Shown: positions 51,326-62,390 of the stretch, in pieces
How the letters are laid out: each line of letters opens with the position of its first letter
How positions within the stretch are numbered: position 1 is the stretch's first letter
DNA from: Macrostomum lignano
Lineage: Eukaryota
Reading direction: 5' to 3'
DNA length: 64,000 bases
Assembly: GCA_002269645.1 (NCBI GenBank)
Contig: NIVC01001445.1
Coordinates: forward strand, 124,001 to 188,000
The notes under the pieces: model-generated
Told to the model about the DNA's origin: nothing
Seen by the model: the letters and a program-made list of their open reading frames with translations, nothing else
Database searches by the model: none
Made by a program: the position numbers and the translations under genes

Positions 51326-51572
51326 TGTCAGTCAGTCAGTCAGTCAGTCAGTCAGTCAGTCAGTCAGTCAGTCAGTCAGTCAGTCAGTCAGTCAGTCAGT
51401 CAGTCAGTCAGTCAGTCAGTCAGTCAGTCAGTCAGTCAGTCAGTCAGTCAGTCAGTCAGTCAGTCAGTCAGTCAGTCAGTCAGTCAGTCAGTCAGTCAGT
51501 CAGTCAGTCAGTCAGTCAGTCAGTCAGTCAGTCAGTCAGTCAGTCAGTCAGTCAGTCAGTCAGTCAGTCAGT
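51326..51572. repeat. (TCAG)n microsatellite
   Basis: Direct reading. Confidence 0.98.
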
Positions 51573-52384
51573 CTGTGGCATTCTGTGTTGCCAAGCTGCC
51601 TGCAATATCCGTGCGCACTCCGCAGTGGAAATTTCCACGATAAGCTTTAGAGCAGCATTGATAGCCCAGAGTGCAACAGGAGCCAATTATCTGGGATCAA
51701 AGCTCAATTCAGCGTGTCTGTGTAAACAGCCAGTGAACACAGCAGTTGAGCTGTACTCATACCATTCACAAGCAATGCTAGAAATTATCCCAGAGCAGTA
51801 AGAATGAATGCACGGACAAAATTCAGAACAGCACAGACGGGACTTCTCAAATCGTCCTTGCCTCACAAATTTCCCAAATACCCATTGTTAGATGTTGTTA
51901 GACGTTGAGCTGTCCGCACTGTTTTGGCCCCCAAGACAAAAACAAACACTGCAACTAAAGTCCACTTTGCCCCTTAAATTCAGAAATCGAACTGTGTTGG
52001 CGAATCGTCTCCGACTGCTTATTTTTAAAGGCATCAATTTCAACTGATTTCCCGAGGGAAAACGCAACAAAGAGACCTCAGAGAAGGAGAAGCAGGAGGT
52101 CTCTAAAGTCTTCTCAATCAATCAAATGAGATGAAATTCGCTTCTGAAAAGCAAATGACGATTATCCGGCAAGCAAGCGAACCTTTTTTGCTTTTCTTAA
52201 GAGTTTCTGCATTAAATCATTTTGACTTTGCCTGTGACACTTAAATGACGGTTCCTAAAAAATTCTTCAAAAAATGAGATTGACTTAAGTCTGAGCTGCT
52301 AAATTCGACTTTTAATGAGTTGAAGAAATTTATTGTTTGCTCTTCAGTATTTACTAATCAGAGAGTGGCTGACAATTTTACCCT

Positions 52385-52790
52385 CGACCAATCAGAGGGC
52401 GACCAATCAGAGGACGAGCAATCAGAGGACCAGCAATCAGAGGACGACCAATCAGAGGACGACCAATCAGAGAGCGACCAATCAGAGTGTGAGCAATCAG
52501 AGTGTGAGCAATCAGAGTGTAAGCAATCAGAGGGCGACCGATCGGAGGGCGACCAATCAGATTGTGAGCAATCAGAGTGTGAGCAATCAGAGTGTGAGCA
52601 ATCAGAGTGTGAGCAATCAGAGTGTGAGCAATCAGAGTGTGAGCAATCAGAGTGTGAGCAATCAGAGTGTGAGCAATCAGAGTGTGAGCAATCAGAGGGC
52701 GACCGATCAGAGAGCGACCAGAAAGAGGGCCACCAATCAGAGGACGAGCAATCAATCTGAGGGCGACTAGAGAGACCAATCAGAGGAAGC
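52385..52790. repeat. 15-bp minisatellite (CAATCAGAGTGTGAG / GACCAATCAGAGGGC)
   Basis: Direct reading. Confidence 0.93.
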
Positions 52791-53086
52791 AATCCAACTT
52801 GCAGTTTCTTTGCTCCGCTGAAGGCTTGGACTTTTGCTCAACAGTTCGTATAACATGCTGTTTATATTGTGGTTATGCATTAAAATGATGCACAGTAAAA
52901 AGGAAAATCCATGTGGAGGTCCATGCCATGGACTTGAAATTATCAGATCGACTTTTTCTATCGAGTGATCGTAAAGTGTAGCACTGTCTCGAGTCGTTCT
53001 CAACGAAAATTATCTTTGAGCACCAAAGTCTTTAAAGAGCGTAATCCTAATCTCTACAGGAGTTCCGCACTCACGCCGCAAAGACA

Positions 53087-53233
53087 CCCTAGTAACACAC
53101 TTCGTCGCGGCAACGTCGCATAAACGTCGAAAAGTTACGTCGCGGGAAGAGGTAAAGTCCAAAATGGGCCGCGACGTCCGCGACCTACCGCGACCAATAC
53201 ACGACGTTGCCGCGACGAAGTGTGTTACTAGGG
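53087..53233. mobile_element. MITE (147 bp) with a perfect 32-bp TIR and apparent 3-bp TSD ACA
   Basis: CCCTAGTAACACACTTCGTCGCGGCAACGTCG and its exact reverse complement; ACA at 53084-53086 and 53234-53236. Confidence 0.85.
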
Positions 53234-55158
53234 ACAGCAGTTTTGGCGCTTAGCCAGCGTCTTTTTCAAGATTTCTCAAGATTGTTTCTCAGCAAGTGCA
53301 GAGAGTTTATTTCTGGCCGATTGGTGGAAACTGTTGGTAGTTCTTTTGAACTGGTAAAAGAAGACAGCCATAGAGATAGTAATATTACAGTAATTGTTCT
53401 GGAAAGCCATATCGACTGCTACTGCTGCTGCTCATGCAGCGGTCAAGAAGAAGTTCCACAGGATGTAGCCAGCCTGGCCGTGTCCGCAGCAGCAGCTCCA
53501 GCCCGCGGGAACGTTGCTCAAGCTGCAGCCGCCCAGACAGTCGCAGTGCAGCCGCACCAGCGATCTCAACAGGCTGCTCAGCAACTGGAGCAAGCTGTGC
53601 AGGCTTTGAGCGCCGAGTTGCAGCCCATTATTCAGTCGCTTCATCGCGAGACTCTGCTCCAGCATCCGCAGCTAAATAGGATGAAACGGGTGCGAAAAAC
53701 CCTCAGCTGCCCGTGCCAGCGACGGCATCAGAGAGCTCCACTGATGCGACTTAAAAGCGAATGAGCAACTGATATTTTGCGAGCGTAGTGAAGTCAAATA
53801 AAACTCAGACTTGTGCTGAGGGAGACCGCGCTATCTATCACAAAATTTACACAGAATGCTCAATCGGCTAGTTTTTAGGGTGAAAACTGCGCCGAAATAG
53901 ATACGCGCATAGACTACTTTCCCGATGAAGGAATTTGAGTAACCGTAGCGAGAATCGAAGACCGTTTTGAGCAGAAGCGAATCTCAACACACAGCTTAGT
54001 CTCAGATAGCTTGCGTATAAGCCATAGACAGCAGACTGTGTGTGTGAGCAACGGGCTGAGGTCTGAATTCTGTCTAGTCAAGTCGTACTCATAGGTGCAT
54101 AGGCTGATAGGTAAATCACAAAATCTGTAACTGACTGCTGCTGAAAGCCATTCAGAGGCATGTCATCGGCTGACGGTGGTGAACAAGCTGTGAGACAGAC
54201 CACCAGGAATCTACCTGACTGTGAAGAGGGCTCGGTCGGCTGTGACCAGACATCATGTGGCAAAACGTTGCCGGAGGATCTCACCGATCTGCCAGATGAT
54301 TACGACGAGAAGTAAGCACATTGCAGGTTGGCTGCTGCACAAGTCGGGCTCGGACGACGCATGCGATAACTGCATGTTGGAACTCCAAGAAAGTTAATCG
54401 CGATGCAAGCAAGCCTTTGATCAGAATGAAAAGCATCACAGAGCTAGTCTGAAACATCCTTTAGTAGAGGAGAAAAGCGCCTCTAAGTACATCGTATCAT
54501 TTAACTTAATTTGAGGCTCGTTTGCTCCTGGCTTCTCCTGGCTCCTAGATAAATTTAACCATTTTTAGTCCCCAAAAGCGACGCTTCAGATGGACTAGAA
54601 TAACATTTTAGTGAGCCTAGGGTGACACAAAGTTGCAAGAACGCTTTTTTCCAAATTCAAATTTTTACATGCACATTTTAAATGTTACATGTAGAATTTT
54701 GCAACTTTTACTTTTCCATTGGACACGTGCGAGCTCTACTACCTATGTCTGGATTTGGGAAGGATTTGTGGAAGGGAGGGAAGGGTGGGGAAGAGGGAAC
54801 GCCAACCCTTTTGCAGTCGCAGCGGTGTGCACTCCCGGCCTGCTCTCATGCACGGCCCCCTGGAAACTCTGTCCAATTCGACCAAAGCCTTTCCGCTTCC
54901 AGGCTTCCCATCCCTCAGTTTTCAGTCGCAAAAGAATTTCAGAGCGGCCAGGAGTCCGGTTGCTGCCTCCGCCCTACTGCTGGTCGGATCAGAATTCGGT
55001 CTCGTCTGCCGCGGGCCCCGGGAGATCAAGCGCTTGCTAGTTCACCACGCCAGTCGTAAGTCCGAGCTATCGTTAAATACTTCGCTGCACAGGGTCTTAG
55101 AGCCCGTTCCAATAAAAAACGGCGCGACTGTTGCCTCTGACTGAGAAACGGACGAACC

Positions 55159-55749
55159 ATGATACCCCTCCCTGGCGTATTCAATCGTCAGGTTGTTTTT
55201 GTCTGGACAGCTTTGGCAATCGTTTCTGTTCTAATCAAAGCCAGCCACTGCCAGTTCTTCAGCTCCGAGCCCGAACCCGAGGAAAGGCCACTGATTCACC
55301 TGGGCAACCGGCTGAATCATCAGTGCGATCATCACTACTTCCTGCAGGACTTGGTCACCATTGAGAGCAACGTCAAAGTGACCACGGCCTCAGATCCTGG
55401 AGCGGCTCAGAGGCGGACAATCTGCAAGACTCCGCTGGTGCCGTTTGGCAAACTCACGCAAGACAGGCGCGCGATTAACTTTTGGTACCTGCGACTCAAG
55501 ATCACTCAGCTTTTGTCAGGCCAGAAGCTTCACATTGTGAACACGGAAACCAGCGAGATCCCAAAGGAAGTCGACAATGATCAGAAGTACGACTTGTCAG
55601 ACACCTCTCACACCTACCCGGCGATCCTGTATATGAAGTACCGCTATGTCGTCTTCTATTGGGAGGACGCGAGGTTAAGCGGACAGGAAAACCACGTCAA
55701 CATCACGGTGTCAACGTACGCCAAGTTCAATGATACTGTTGGACTCTGA
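55159..55749 (+). CDS. Probable secreted protein, 196 aa: signal peptide plus a possible CUB-like domain
   Basis: Hydrophobic VVFVWTALAIVSVLIKASHC, then non-repetitive sequence with two spaced Cys and alternating beta-strand patterns; AATAAA at 55945-55950. The domain call is by eye. Confidence 0.6.
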   Translation: MIPLPGVFNRQVVFVWTALAIVSVLIKASHCQFFSSEPEPEERPLIHLGNRLNHQCDHHYFLQDLVTIESNVKVTTASDPGAAQRRTICKTPLVPFGKLTQDRRAINFWYLRLKITQLLSGQKLHIVNTETSEIPKEVDNDQKYDLSDTSHTYPAILYMKYRYVVFYWEDARLSGQENHVNITVSTYAKFNDTVGL

Positions 55750-55989
55750 CTGACTCTGATCTTTTATGGACTGTGGGCTCTGGGGTTGGTGCTTGGGGTG
55801 GGTTGTTTGTCTGGTGAGGGTTTGCGTACTCTGTGTACATCGTTGCTCATTCACTATTCCCTCGTGCATGCCTTATCTCTGTCATCCACCCCAATGCTAT
55901 GCTGCGATGCTTATTAATGTGTTTTCTGATCTAAGGTTGACTTCAATAAACTTATGTCACAACTGAGAGCTAAAGCTATTGACTTTCAG

Positions 55990-56166
55990 ATACTGTCAAC
56001 AATACCATGCAAATGGACTTGTGCAATCGCTACGGGAACACCTGGTGCTCGAAACCGCTCGCGAGCATCTGCATGGGGCCAAAAAGTTGCTCGCTCCAGG
56101 ACGACTGCTTCGATCTGTTCAGTGAGCCGAGCCGTTGTTCGGACTTTCCGTGGTTCAGAAAGGCAG
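55990..56166 (+). CDS. Candidate exon encoding a 6-Cys LDLa-like module
   Basis: TTTCAG acceptor, phase 1; DLCNRYGNTWCSKPLASICMGPKSCSLQDDCFDLFSEPSRC resembles CxxxDDCxDxSDExxC. Junctions unresolved. Confidence 0.4.
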
Positions 56167-56169
56167 GTT

Positions 56170-56460
56170 TTGTTACAAGCGTCAACAGAAGCTTGTCTGT
56201 TACTCAAAGCGTCAACAGAAGCTTGTCTGCTACTCAAAGCGTCAACAGAAGCTTCTGTTACCCAAAGCGTCAACAGAAGTCTGTCTGTTACTCAAAGCGT
56301 CAACAGAAGCTTGTCTGCTACTCAAAGCGTCAACAGAAGCTTCTGTTACCCAAAGCGTCAACAGAAGTCTGTCTGATACTCAAAGCGTCAACAGAAGCTT
56401 GTCTGTTACTCAAAGCGTCAACAGAAGCTTGTCTGTTACTCAAAGCGTCAATAGAAGCTT
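56170..56460. repeat. 30/27-bp minisatellite (GTTACTCAAAGCGTCAACAGAAGCTTGTCT)
   Basis: About 10 copies. Confidence 0.93.
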
Positions 56461-56659
56461 GACTATTGCTGGCAGCTCATTGCGCACCACGGGTTGGATT
56501 CTGTGCAACCTGCCCTGGTTTACTCTTGGCGCAGTGTCGCTGGTTCTTGTGATGGCCTGAGCTTTGGATGGACAAGGGTTTGCCGCTCCCATTGACTATT
56601 TTTTTGCAGTCCGTTTGTCCCCCCTCATTGACTTGTCCCCCCTTCTAAACACTTCCCCA

Positions 56660-56915
56660 TGCTATGCGTATGGACCTTTCATACGCGTGTGTCGTGCCAC
56701 TGCAGCACACCTGGCTATATGGTGCCCAGGAGCCCCCAAATATATAGCCAAACTGGACGCCACGCCACGGCCCGGTCTCTTTTCTGTCTCTCTTCTCCAG
56801 AGTCACCAAGTCACAAGAGTCACCAATCTCTTTATTTGTCTACCACTCGGGAGCTATGCATTTCCCAGTGCAAGAATCAAAGACTTCGTTCTCAAGTCAT
56901 TACAATAGCGACGAG
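56660..56915 (+). mobile_element. Putative 5' LTR (TG...CA, about 56660-56904) and primer-binding site of the Gypsy element
   Basis: Begins TGCTATG, contains TATATA and AATCAAAG, ends TTACA; followed by ATAGCGACGAG (TGGCGACGAG-like PBS) immediately before gag. No second LTR to confirm the left boundary. Confidence 0.5.
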
Positions 56916-57480
56916 TTCAGCTTTTAGCGGCATTCCGGAACTGTCGAAGGACTCCGACTTCGATGTCTACGTGGAGAGGCTGGAGCAGTATTTGGTATGT
57001 GCTAAGATTTCGGGGGACTGTCAAGGTGGCCACATTCAGCACCGCCATAGGTGAAGAAGCATACACAGTACTACCAAAACCTTCGCCACAGAAAAGGTGG
57101 CTGACAAGTCTTATGACGACCTCTAGAAAGTCCTGCAGGATCATTATTCCCCTAATCCATCCGAAATTGCGGCTCGGTTCATTTTATAGCAAAGGGTGCA
57201 GCTGCCGGAAGAAGACTTCGCTACTTTCGTGGCTGGGCTCAGAGCAGCCACTCTGCACTGCAACTTCGGCAGTACGCTGCAGGAGAGACTGTGTGATCAG
57301 GCTGTTTTCGGCATCATCAAGCCGATAAAACATTCAAACTGGGGCTTCTCCAATCGTCCCGGTGGTGAAGGCAAATGGCGAGATTCGCATCTGCGGCGAC
57401 GATAAGGTGACCTTCAACGCCCTGGCCAAGCCTGAGCACTATCCGTCTCCGCGGATAGAGGACATCTTTGCCAAGCTCGG

Positions 57481-58017
57481 GCTGACTCCCTCCACAGGGA
57501 CAGATGGGCGGGCACCCAAAACTGTCGGCAATCTCGTGCCGCGGTTCCCCGCCCGTCTCGCAGGCTCAGAAACATCCTTCTGAACCAGAATCGGAAGGAT
57601 ATTCGAGCCCTTGTCATGACCCTTACTGGCCATGGCTACCTCGCCAGGCACTGCTTCCTCCGAGGTGACCTCGAGAGCGAACTTTGCCCCTTTTGCGAGT
57701 ACGACAATGAAGATGCTCAGCACTTTGTTTGTCACTGCCCTTTCTTTAACAGAGACCGGCTACGCTACCTCGGGCCGAACCCGTCCATTGACGAGGTCTG
57801 CCAGCCCGACAGCATCCCACGGCTCATCCAGTTCCTTCGGGCGACTAGACGAGCCAGTTTCTTCCCAACGGAAGATCACGCTGCAGGACGGACCGGCGGA
57901 CCACCCTGACCGACCCCACGCCTCTGCCTGTCTGCGGGCCTTCAGGGGCTAGCGGAATGGGCGACCCTCGCCTCCCCGCTGTGTCTACGGACCACCCTGC
58001 AGCTAAGTCAAGTAAGT
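57481..58017 (+). mobile_element. 5'-truncated LINE 3' end (Loa/R1-like C-terminal CCHC region) inserted in the Gypsy RT
   Basis: Open from 57481: ADSLHRDRW...CRQ...LVMTLTGHGYL...CPFCEYDNEDAQHFVCHCP; (TAAGTCAAG)-type tail; 9-bp TSD CAAGCTCGG at 57472-57480 and 58018-58026. Removal restores FAKLGGG...LDLSNAFLQ. Confidence 0.9.
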
Positions 58018-59659
58018 CAAGCTCGGAGGAGGATGCAAACAGACAAAACTCGACTTATCGAACGCGTTTTTACAGCTGCCCCTCGTCCGAGAAGAGCCCT
58101 GCCTATGTAGCCACCAACACGTCGAGAGGCCTGTTTCAACTCAACAGACTGCCCTTTGGCATTGCATTAACTCGGCCAGAGTCATCTTCCAGCGCACTCT
58201 GGAAACGCTATTGGGTGACCTCGACGGTGTCCAGGTGTTCGTTTACGATAGTCTCGTCACAGGCAAGACTCGGGTGCAGCACAAGCATAACCTAACTAGA
58301 GAGCTGCAGCGTCTTCAGGACGCTAGCCTTCGACTAAACAGGGCCAAGTGCCTGTTTTTCCAAGACTCTGTGGAGTATTTCGGTCATCGAATCGACGCAC
58401 ACGGGCTGAAGCTCCTGCCTGACAAGGTCAGAGCAGTGCAGAATGCGCCTGCTCCAAAAGATGTCAGCCAGCTGCGCGCCTACCTCGGCATACAGACCCA
58501 TTACTCGAAAGTCATGCCGCACCTGTCCACCGTGGTAGCGCCGATGAACTAGCTGCTGACCAAGAACACCAAGCGCGGGCTTGGGGAGAAGCGCAGCAAC
58601 AAGTCCAAGCGACTGCTGCTGTCCTCGGGTGCGTTCGTACACTACAGTCCAGAGCAGCCACTGTACTTGGAGTACGCCTCGCTATATGGACTGGGGGTGG
58701 TACAGGATCGGCGGCCAACATCAAGCCATCGCCTGTGCAAGCCGCAGCCCGACGCCCGCACAGTGTAACTACTCTCAGCTGGACAAAGAGACTCTGGCAA
58801 TTATGTTCGGCTTGCACAGATTTCACCAGTTTCTATACGGAAGATGCTTCATCATCGTCACTGACCACCAGCCACTCCTTGATCTGCTGGGAGGGCGCAA
58901 GGCCGTCCCGGCATATGCTGCAGCCCACATGCAGCGCTGGGTCATTCGGCTTTCCAGCTACGATTACAGCCTGGAGTTCAGACCGACGGCGAGGCACGGC
59001 AACTGTGACTCGCTCTCTCGCCTTCCCCTCAGTGACCAATTCACCGGGACGCTGCTCATCAACGAAGAGGTCAGCTCGGCTGACTACCAAGGTCATCGCA
59101 CAGAAGATGCGGACTGATGCGCAGCTCGACAGGGTGCCAGGGTGCTGCTGTGTCTGCAGTCGGGCTCCCGGATCCCAGCTGCAGACGGTCTCGAAGCTTT
59201 CTCTGGCCGAAAGCACGAGCGAGCTCTCAATCGAACAAGGCTGCTTGCTGTGGGGATCCAGGGTCGTCGTGTGGGGATCCAGCCATCGGCTGATACATCC
59301 AAGGCACCAATGCACCCATGGCCCTACCCAACCGAGTCGTGGTCCAGACTGCATGTTGACTTAGCTGAGCCAGTGGATGGATGCTCTTTTCTGGGGCTTA
59401 TCGACGCGCACAGCAAGTGAAGCAGCTGACCAGCAAGACGTCGGCCACGACAATCAGCTGTCTTCGTCAGACCTTCTGGCGCCAGGGCCTGCCTCGGACT
59501 CTGGTGTCGGACAACGGAGTCCAGTTCACGTCGTCGGAATTCGCCGAGTTCTTGAGGATCAACGGCATCGAGCACGTGACTTCAGCGCCATTCCATCCGG
59601 CGACAAACGGACAAGCTGAACGGTTCGTGAAAGTGTTGAAACAGCACAGTGTTGAACCG

Positions 59660-60557
59660 AGGTCGCTGCTACGGAAACTCTTCGGGGGCGCGCCCTGAAG
59701 GCCATCCGCAATTGCGCAGCCGATCTTGTGCTCTACACGGATGGCTCGGCCACTGACGGCTGCGCCCGCGGTGGTGCGGCCTGCGTGGTCACCAGCGGCG
59801 ACCCGGCCGACCCCGAGATGGTCACGACGATCTCAGCCACCGGCTCGCCGCACACTTGCAGCTTCGATGAAGAGAGACGGGCTCTACAGCTCGATACTAA
59901 CTGGCTCCGCAACCAGCAATTCACAGGACGGGTCCTCATCTGCACGGACAGCCGCGCCCTCCTCATGGCTCTCCTGAGTGACAGGCCCCGTTGTTCGCTG
60001 CCCGACCTGAACTGCCAAGCTGCCGCCCTGGTGCTTCAATGGGTCCCGGCACACTGCGGCATCCCCGGGAACGAGTTGGCCGATGAGGCGGCCAAGCTGG
60101 CGGCCGCTGCCGACTCCGCTCCGGCACCCATCTCCTACCACAGCGCGCTGGCGCTGATCAAGCGGCACTTCGGAGACCCGCCACTCACGCACGCACGCAC
60201 CGCCGCGGTCTACAGGGCCCTCAACAGGGACCGTGACCGCGCCGAGCTGCGCAGCCGGCAAGACGCGGTGCTCTTGGCGAGGCTTCGCTCGGGACACTGC
60301 AGCTTGCTCCGCGCCTACTGCAACGTCGTCAACCCTGCCGCCGACCCGACCTGCCCGCGCTGCCAAGACGGTCCGGAGGACCTGGAGCACTGGCTCAGCT
60401 GCCCGGCCCTCCGGCCCACCAGGCTCTCTATCTTCGACGAGGACGAGTTGGGCCCCTCGGTTCTGACCGCCGCCCCCGCGAGGTCAGTGGCGCTTGCGAG
60501 GCGCAGCCTCTTCTGACTGGCCTCGGCGCCTGTGCCCCAACAAAACAAAACAAAAAA
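59660..60557 (+). mobile_element. 5'-truncated RNase H-bearing LINE (I/Nimb/Ingi-like) inserted in the Gypsy integrase
   Basis: LYTDGS, ICTDSRA, QWVPAHCGIPGNELADEAAK (RNase H); ARLRSGH, CPRCQDGPEDLEHWLSC (CCHC); stop at 60516, short 3' UTR, (CAAAA)n tail. Confidence 0.9.
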
Positions 60558-60764
60558 GCAGCAGCAGTCAGCGCTTTAACAGTCGCCCAGGCAAGCCAGG
60601 ACGTTCCGACCTGGAGACCGAGTGCTGCTGTGAGACTACAGCAGCACCACTAGAAACCTTTGACAAGAGGGCACCGTCGAGTCTGGCGGAGCCCGAAAGT
60701 GCACCGTGAGCGCAGACGGCATCCCAGCACCAGGGGTTGACTCGCCGGCCCGGCGATACCCCCA

Positions 60765-60880
60765 ATCAGAGAGCGGCTGACAATTTTGCCTTCGACCAAT
60801 CAGAGAGCGGCTGAAAGTTTTGCCTTCGACCAACCAGAGAGCGGCTGAAAGTTTTGCCTTCGACCAATCAGAGAGCGGCT
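60765..60880. repeat. 33-34-bp repeat (GACCAATCAGAGAGCGGCTGAAAGTTTTGCCTTC), about 3.5 copies
   Basis: Direct reading. Confidence 0.88.
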
Positions 60881-61254
60881 GACACACATCTTTTTAGAGT
60901 AAAAAAAGCAGATAAAGCAAAGCAATAAACAAAAGTTGCAACTTTTCAATGGAGTTTGCAAATCGTAAAAATGCATCAAACAACAGAATTGCATTTTACG
61001 AACGTACTCGTATATTTTTAAAAGCATTTATTTTTCTGATAAGGTTTAGGTTAGAATCACCGATTAAAAAATGCTTGTCAACAACGGAGTGAACCGCGTA
61101 GGGGGGGAGGGGGTGGGTAACATCAACAGTGCAGCGCGATTGCCGGGGTTTCAGTGCCAATTTTTGTCGCGGTTTTCTTTGAATACAATTCATATGCTTG
61201 CTTGGATATTCAGTGTACATTCGCTCTTCATAGTGACTGGTAAATTTTAGACCG

Positions 61255-61500
61255 GTTTAGCGGCGGTTCTTAGGGCAGGGCAGAGTAGGGGTGATTGTTA
61301 AGGCAGTTTAGGTGCGACTTAAGGGCAGTTTAGGAGCGATTCGTAGATTAGTTTAGGGGCGATTTTGAGGGCAGTTTAGGGACGATTCTTAGGGTAGTTT
61401 AGGGGCGATTTTAAGCACTTAAGAGGCGGTTCTTGGGCAGTTTAGGGGCGATTTTAGGCACTTTAGAGGCGGTTCTTGGGGCAGTTTAGGGGCGATTCTC
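61255..61500. repeat. Degenerate repeat of about 24 bp (GGGCAGTTTAGGGGCGATT)
   Basis: Direct reading. Confidence 0.75.
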
Positions 61501-61914
61501 ACGAGAATCCCCAGGGTTAGTGAACAGTTGAACATCACTGCGATGAACGAAGGGCAGCACTGCCTGTCAAAAGCTTTGAAAGCTTTCCAAAAAGCACAAG
61601 GAAAGTGCAGCAGAAAACGAGAGCAGAGAACATTGAATGCGGATCAATACTTATGAAACAGGCGCAAAGTAAATAAAATAGTTATTAACTACAAAGCAAT
61701 ACTCGCATATAACTAAGTGAAAAAATAAATAGAAAAAATTTCAAGCCCACACAAAAGCAACGCGCGCGAAAGAAAAGCAAAATTCCAAAAATTGACAAGC
61801 ATTGGAAACTGTCATATGCAAGAAAATATGAAAGCTAATTGAGAAATAAAGAGCTCAACACAGAGGCGGGAGGCATTTTATTGCTAACCATTTTGAACCT
61901 CTAAACCTGTGAGT

Positions 61915-62390
61915 TGTCTTGAACTCAGGCTACCACTAATTAGAGATGTCATCACGTGACTAAACTCAGGCTATCACTATTTAGAGATGTCATCACGTGA
62001 CTAAACTCAGGCTACCACTAATTAGAGATGTCATCACGTGACTAAACTCAGGCTATCACTATTTAGAGATGTCATCACGTGACTAAACTCAGGCTATCAC
62101 TATTTAGAGATGTCATCACGTGACTAACTCAGGCTATCACTATTTAGAGATGTCATCACGTGACTAACTCAGGCTATCACTATTTAGAGATGTCATCACG
62201 TGACTAACTCAGGCTATCACTATTTATAGATGTCATCACGTGACTAACTCAGGCTATCACTATTTAGAGATGTCATCACGTGACTAACTCAGGCTATCAC
62301 TATTTAGAGATGTCATCACGTGACCAACTCAGGCTATCACTATTTAGAGATGTCATCACGCGACTAAACTCAGCCTACTACCAATTAGAG
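61915..62390. repeat. 40-41-bp minisatellite (AACTCAGGCTATCACTATTTAGAGATGTCATCACGTGACT), about 11 copies
   Basis: Period 40 visible from column alignment. Confidence 0.96.

Larger units (their letters stand above)
56916..60760 (+). pseudogene. Decayed Ty3/Gypsy gag-pol with frameshifts, stops, deletions and two LINE insertions
   Basis: gag: YVERLEQY, LRAATLHCNFGSTLQERLCDQ. RT: PIVPVVKANGEIRICGD, LDLSNAFLQ, NRLPFGI, with YxDD decayed to VYDS. RNase H: NYSQLDKETLAIMFG, TDHQPL. Integrase: LVSDNGVQFTS, PFHPATNGQAERFV, RTFRPGDRVL. Confidence 0.93.

Noticed and set aside
53207-54315. Ala/Gln-rich ORF (53207-53764) and a 51-aa acidic ORF (54160-54315) ending at a GTAAGC donor-like site
   Set aside because: Possibly exons, but the first starts inside a MITE and no consistent splice path or homology could be established.
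60760-61500. 3' LTR of the Gypsy element
   Set aside because: No sequence matching 56660-56904 and no clear polypurine tract seen; the element appears 3'-truncated.
61255-61500. TTTAGGG motifs as interstitial telomeric repeat
   Set aside because: The hexamers are isolated within longer units, not tandem (TTAGGG)n.
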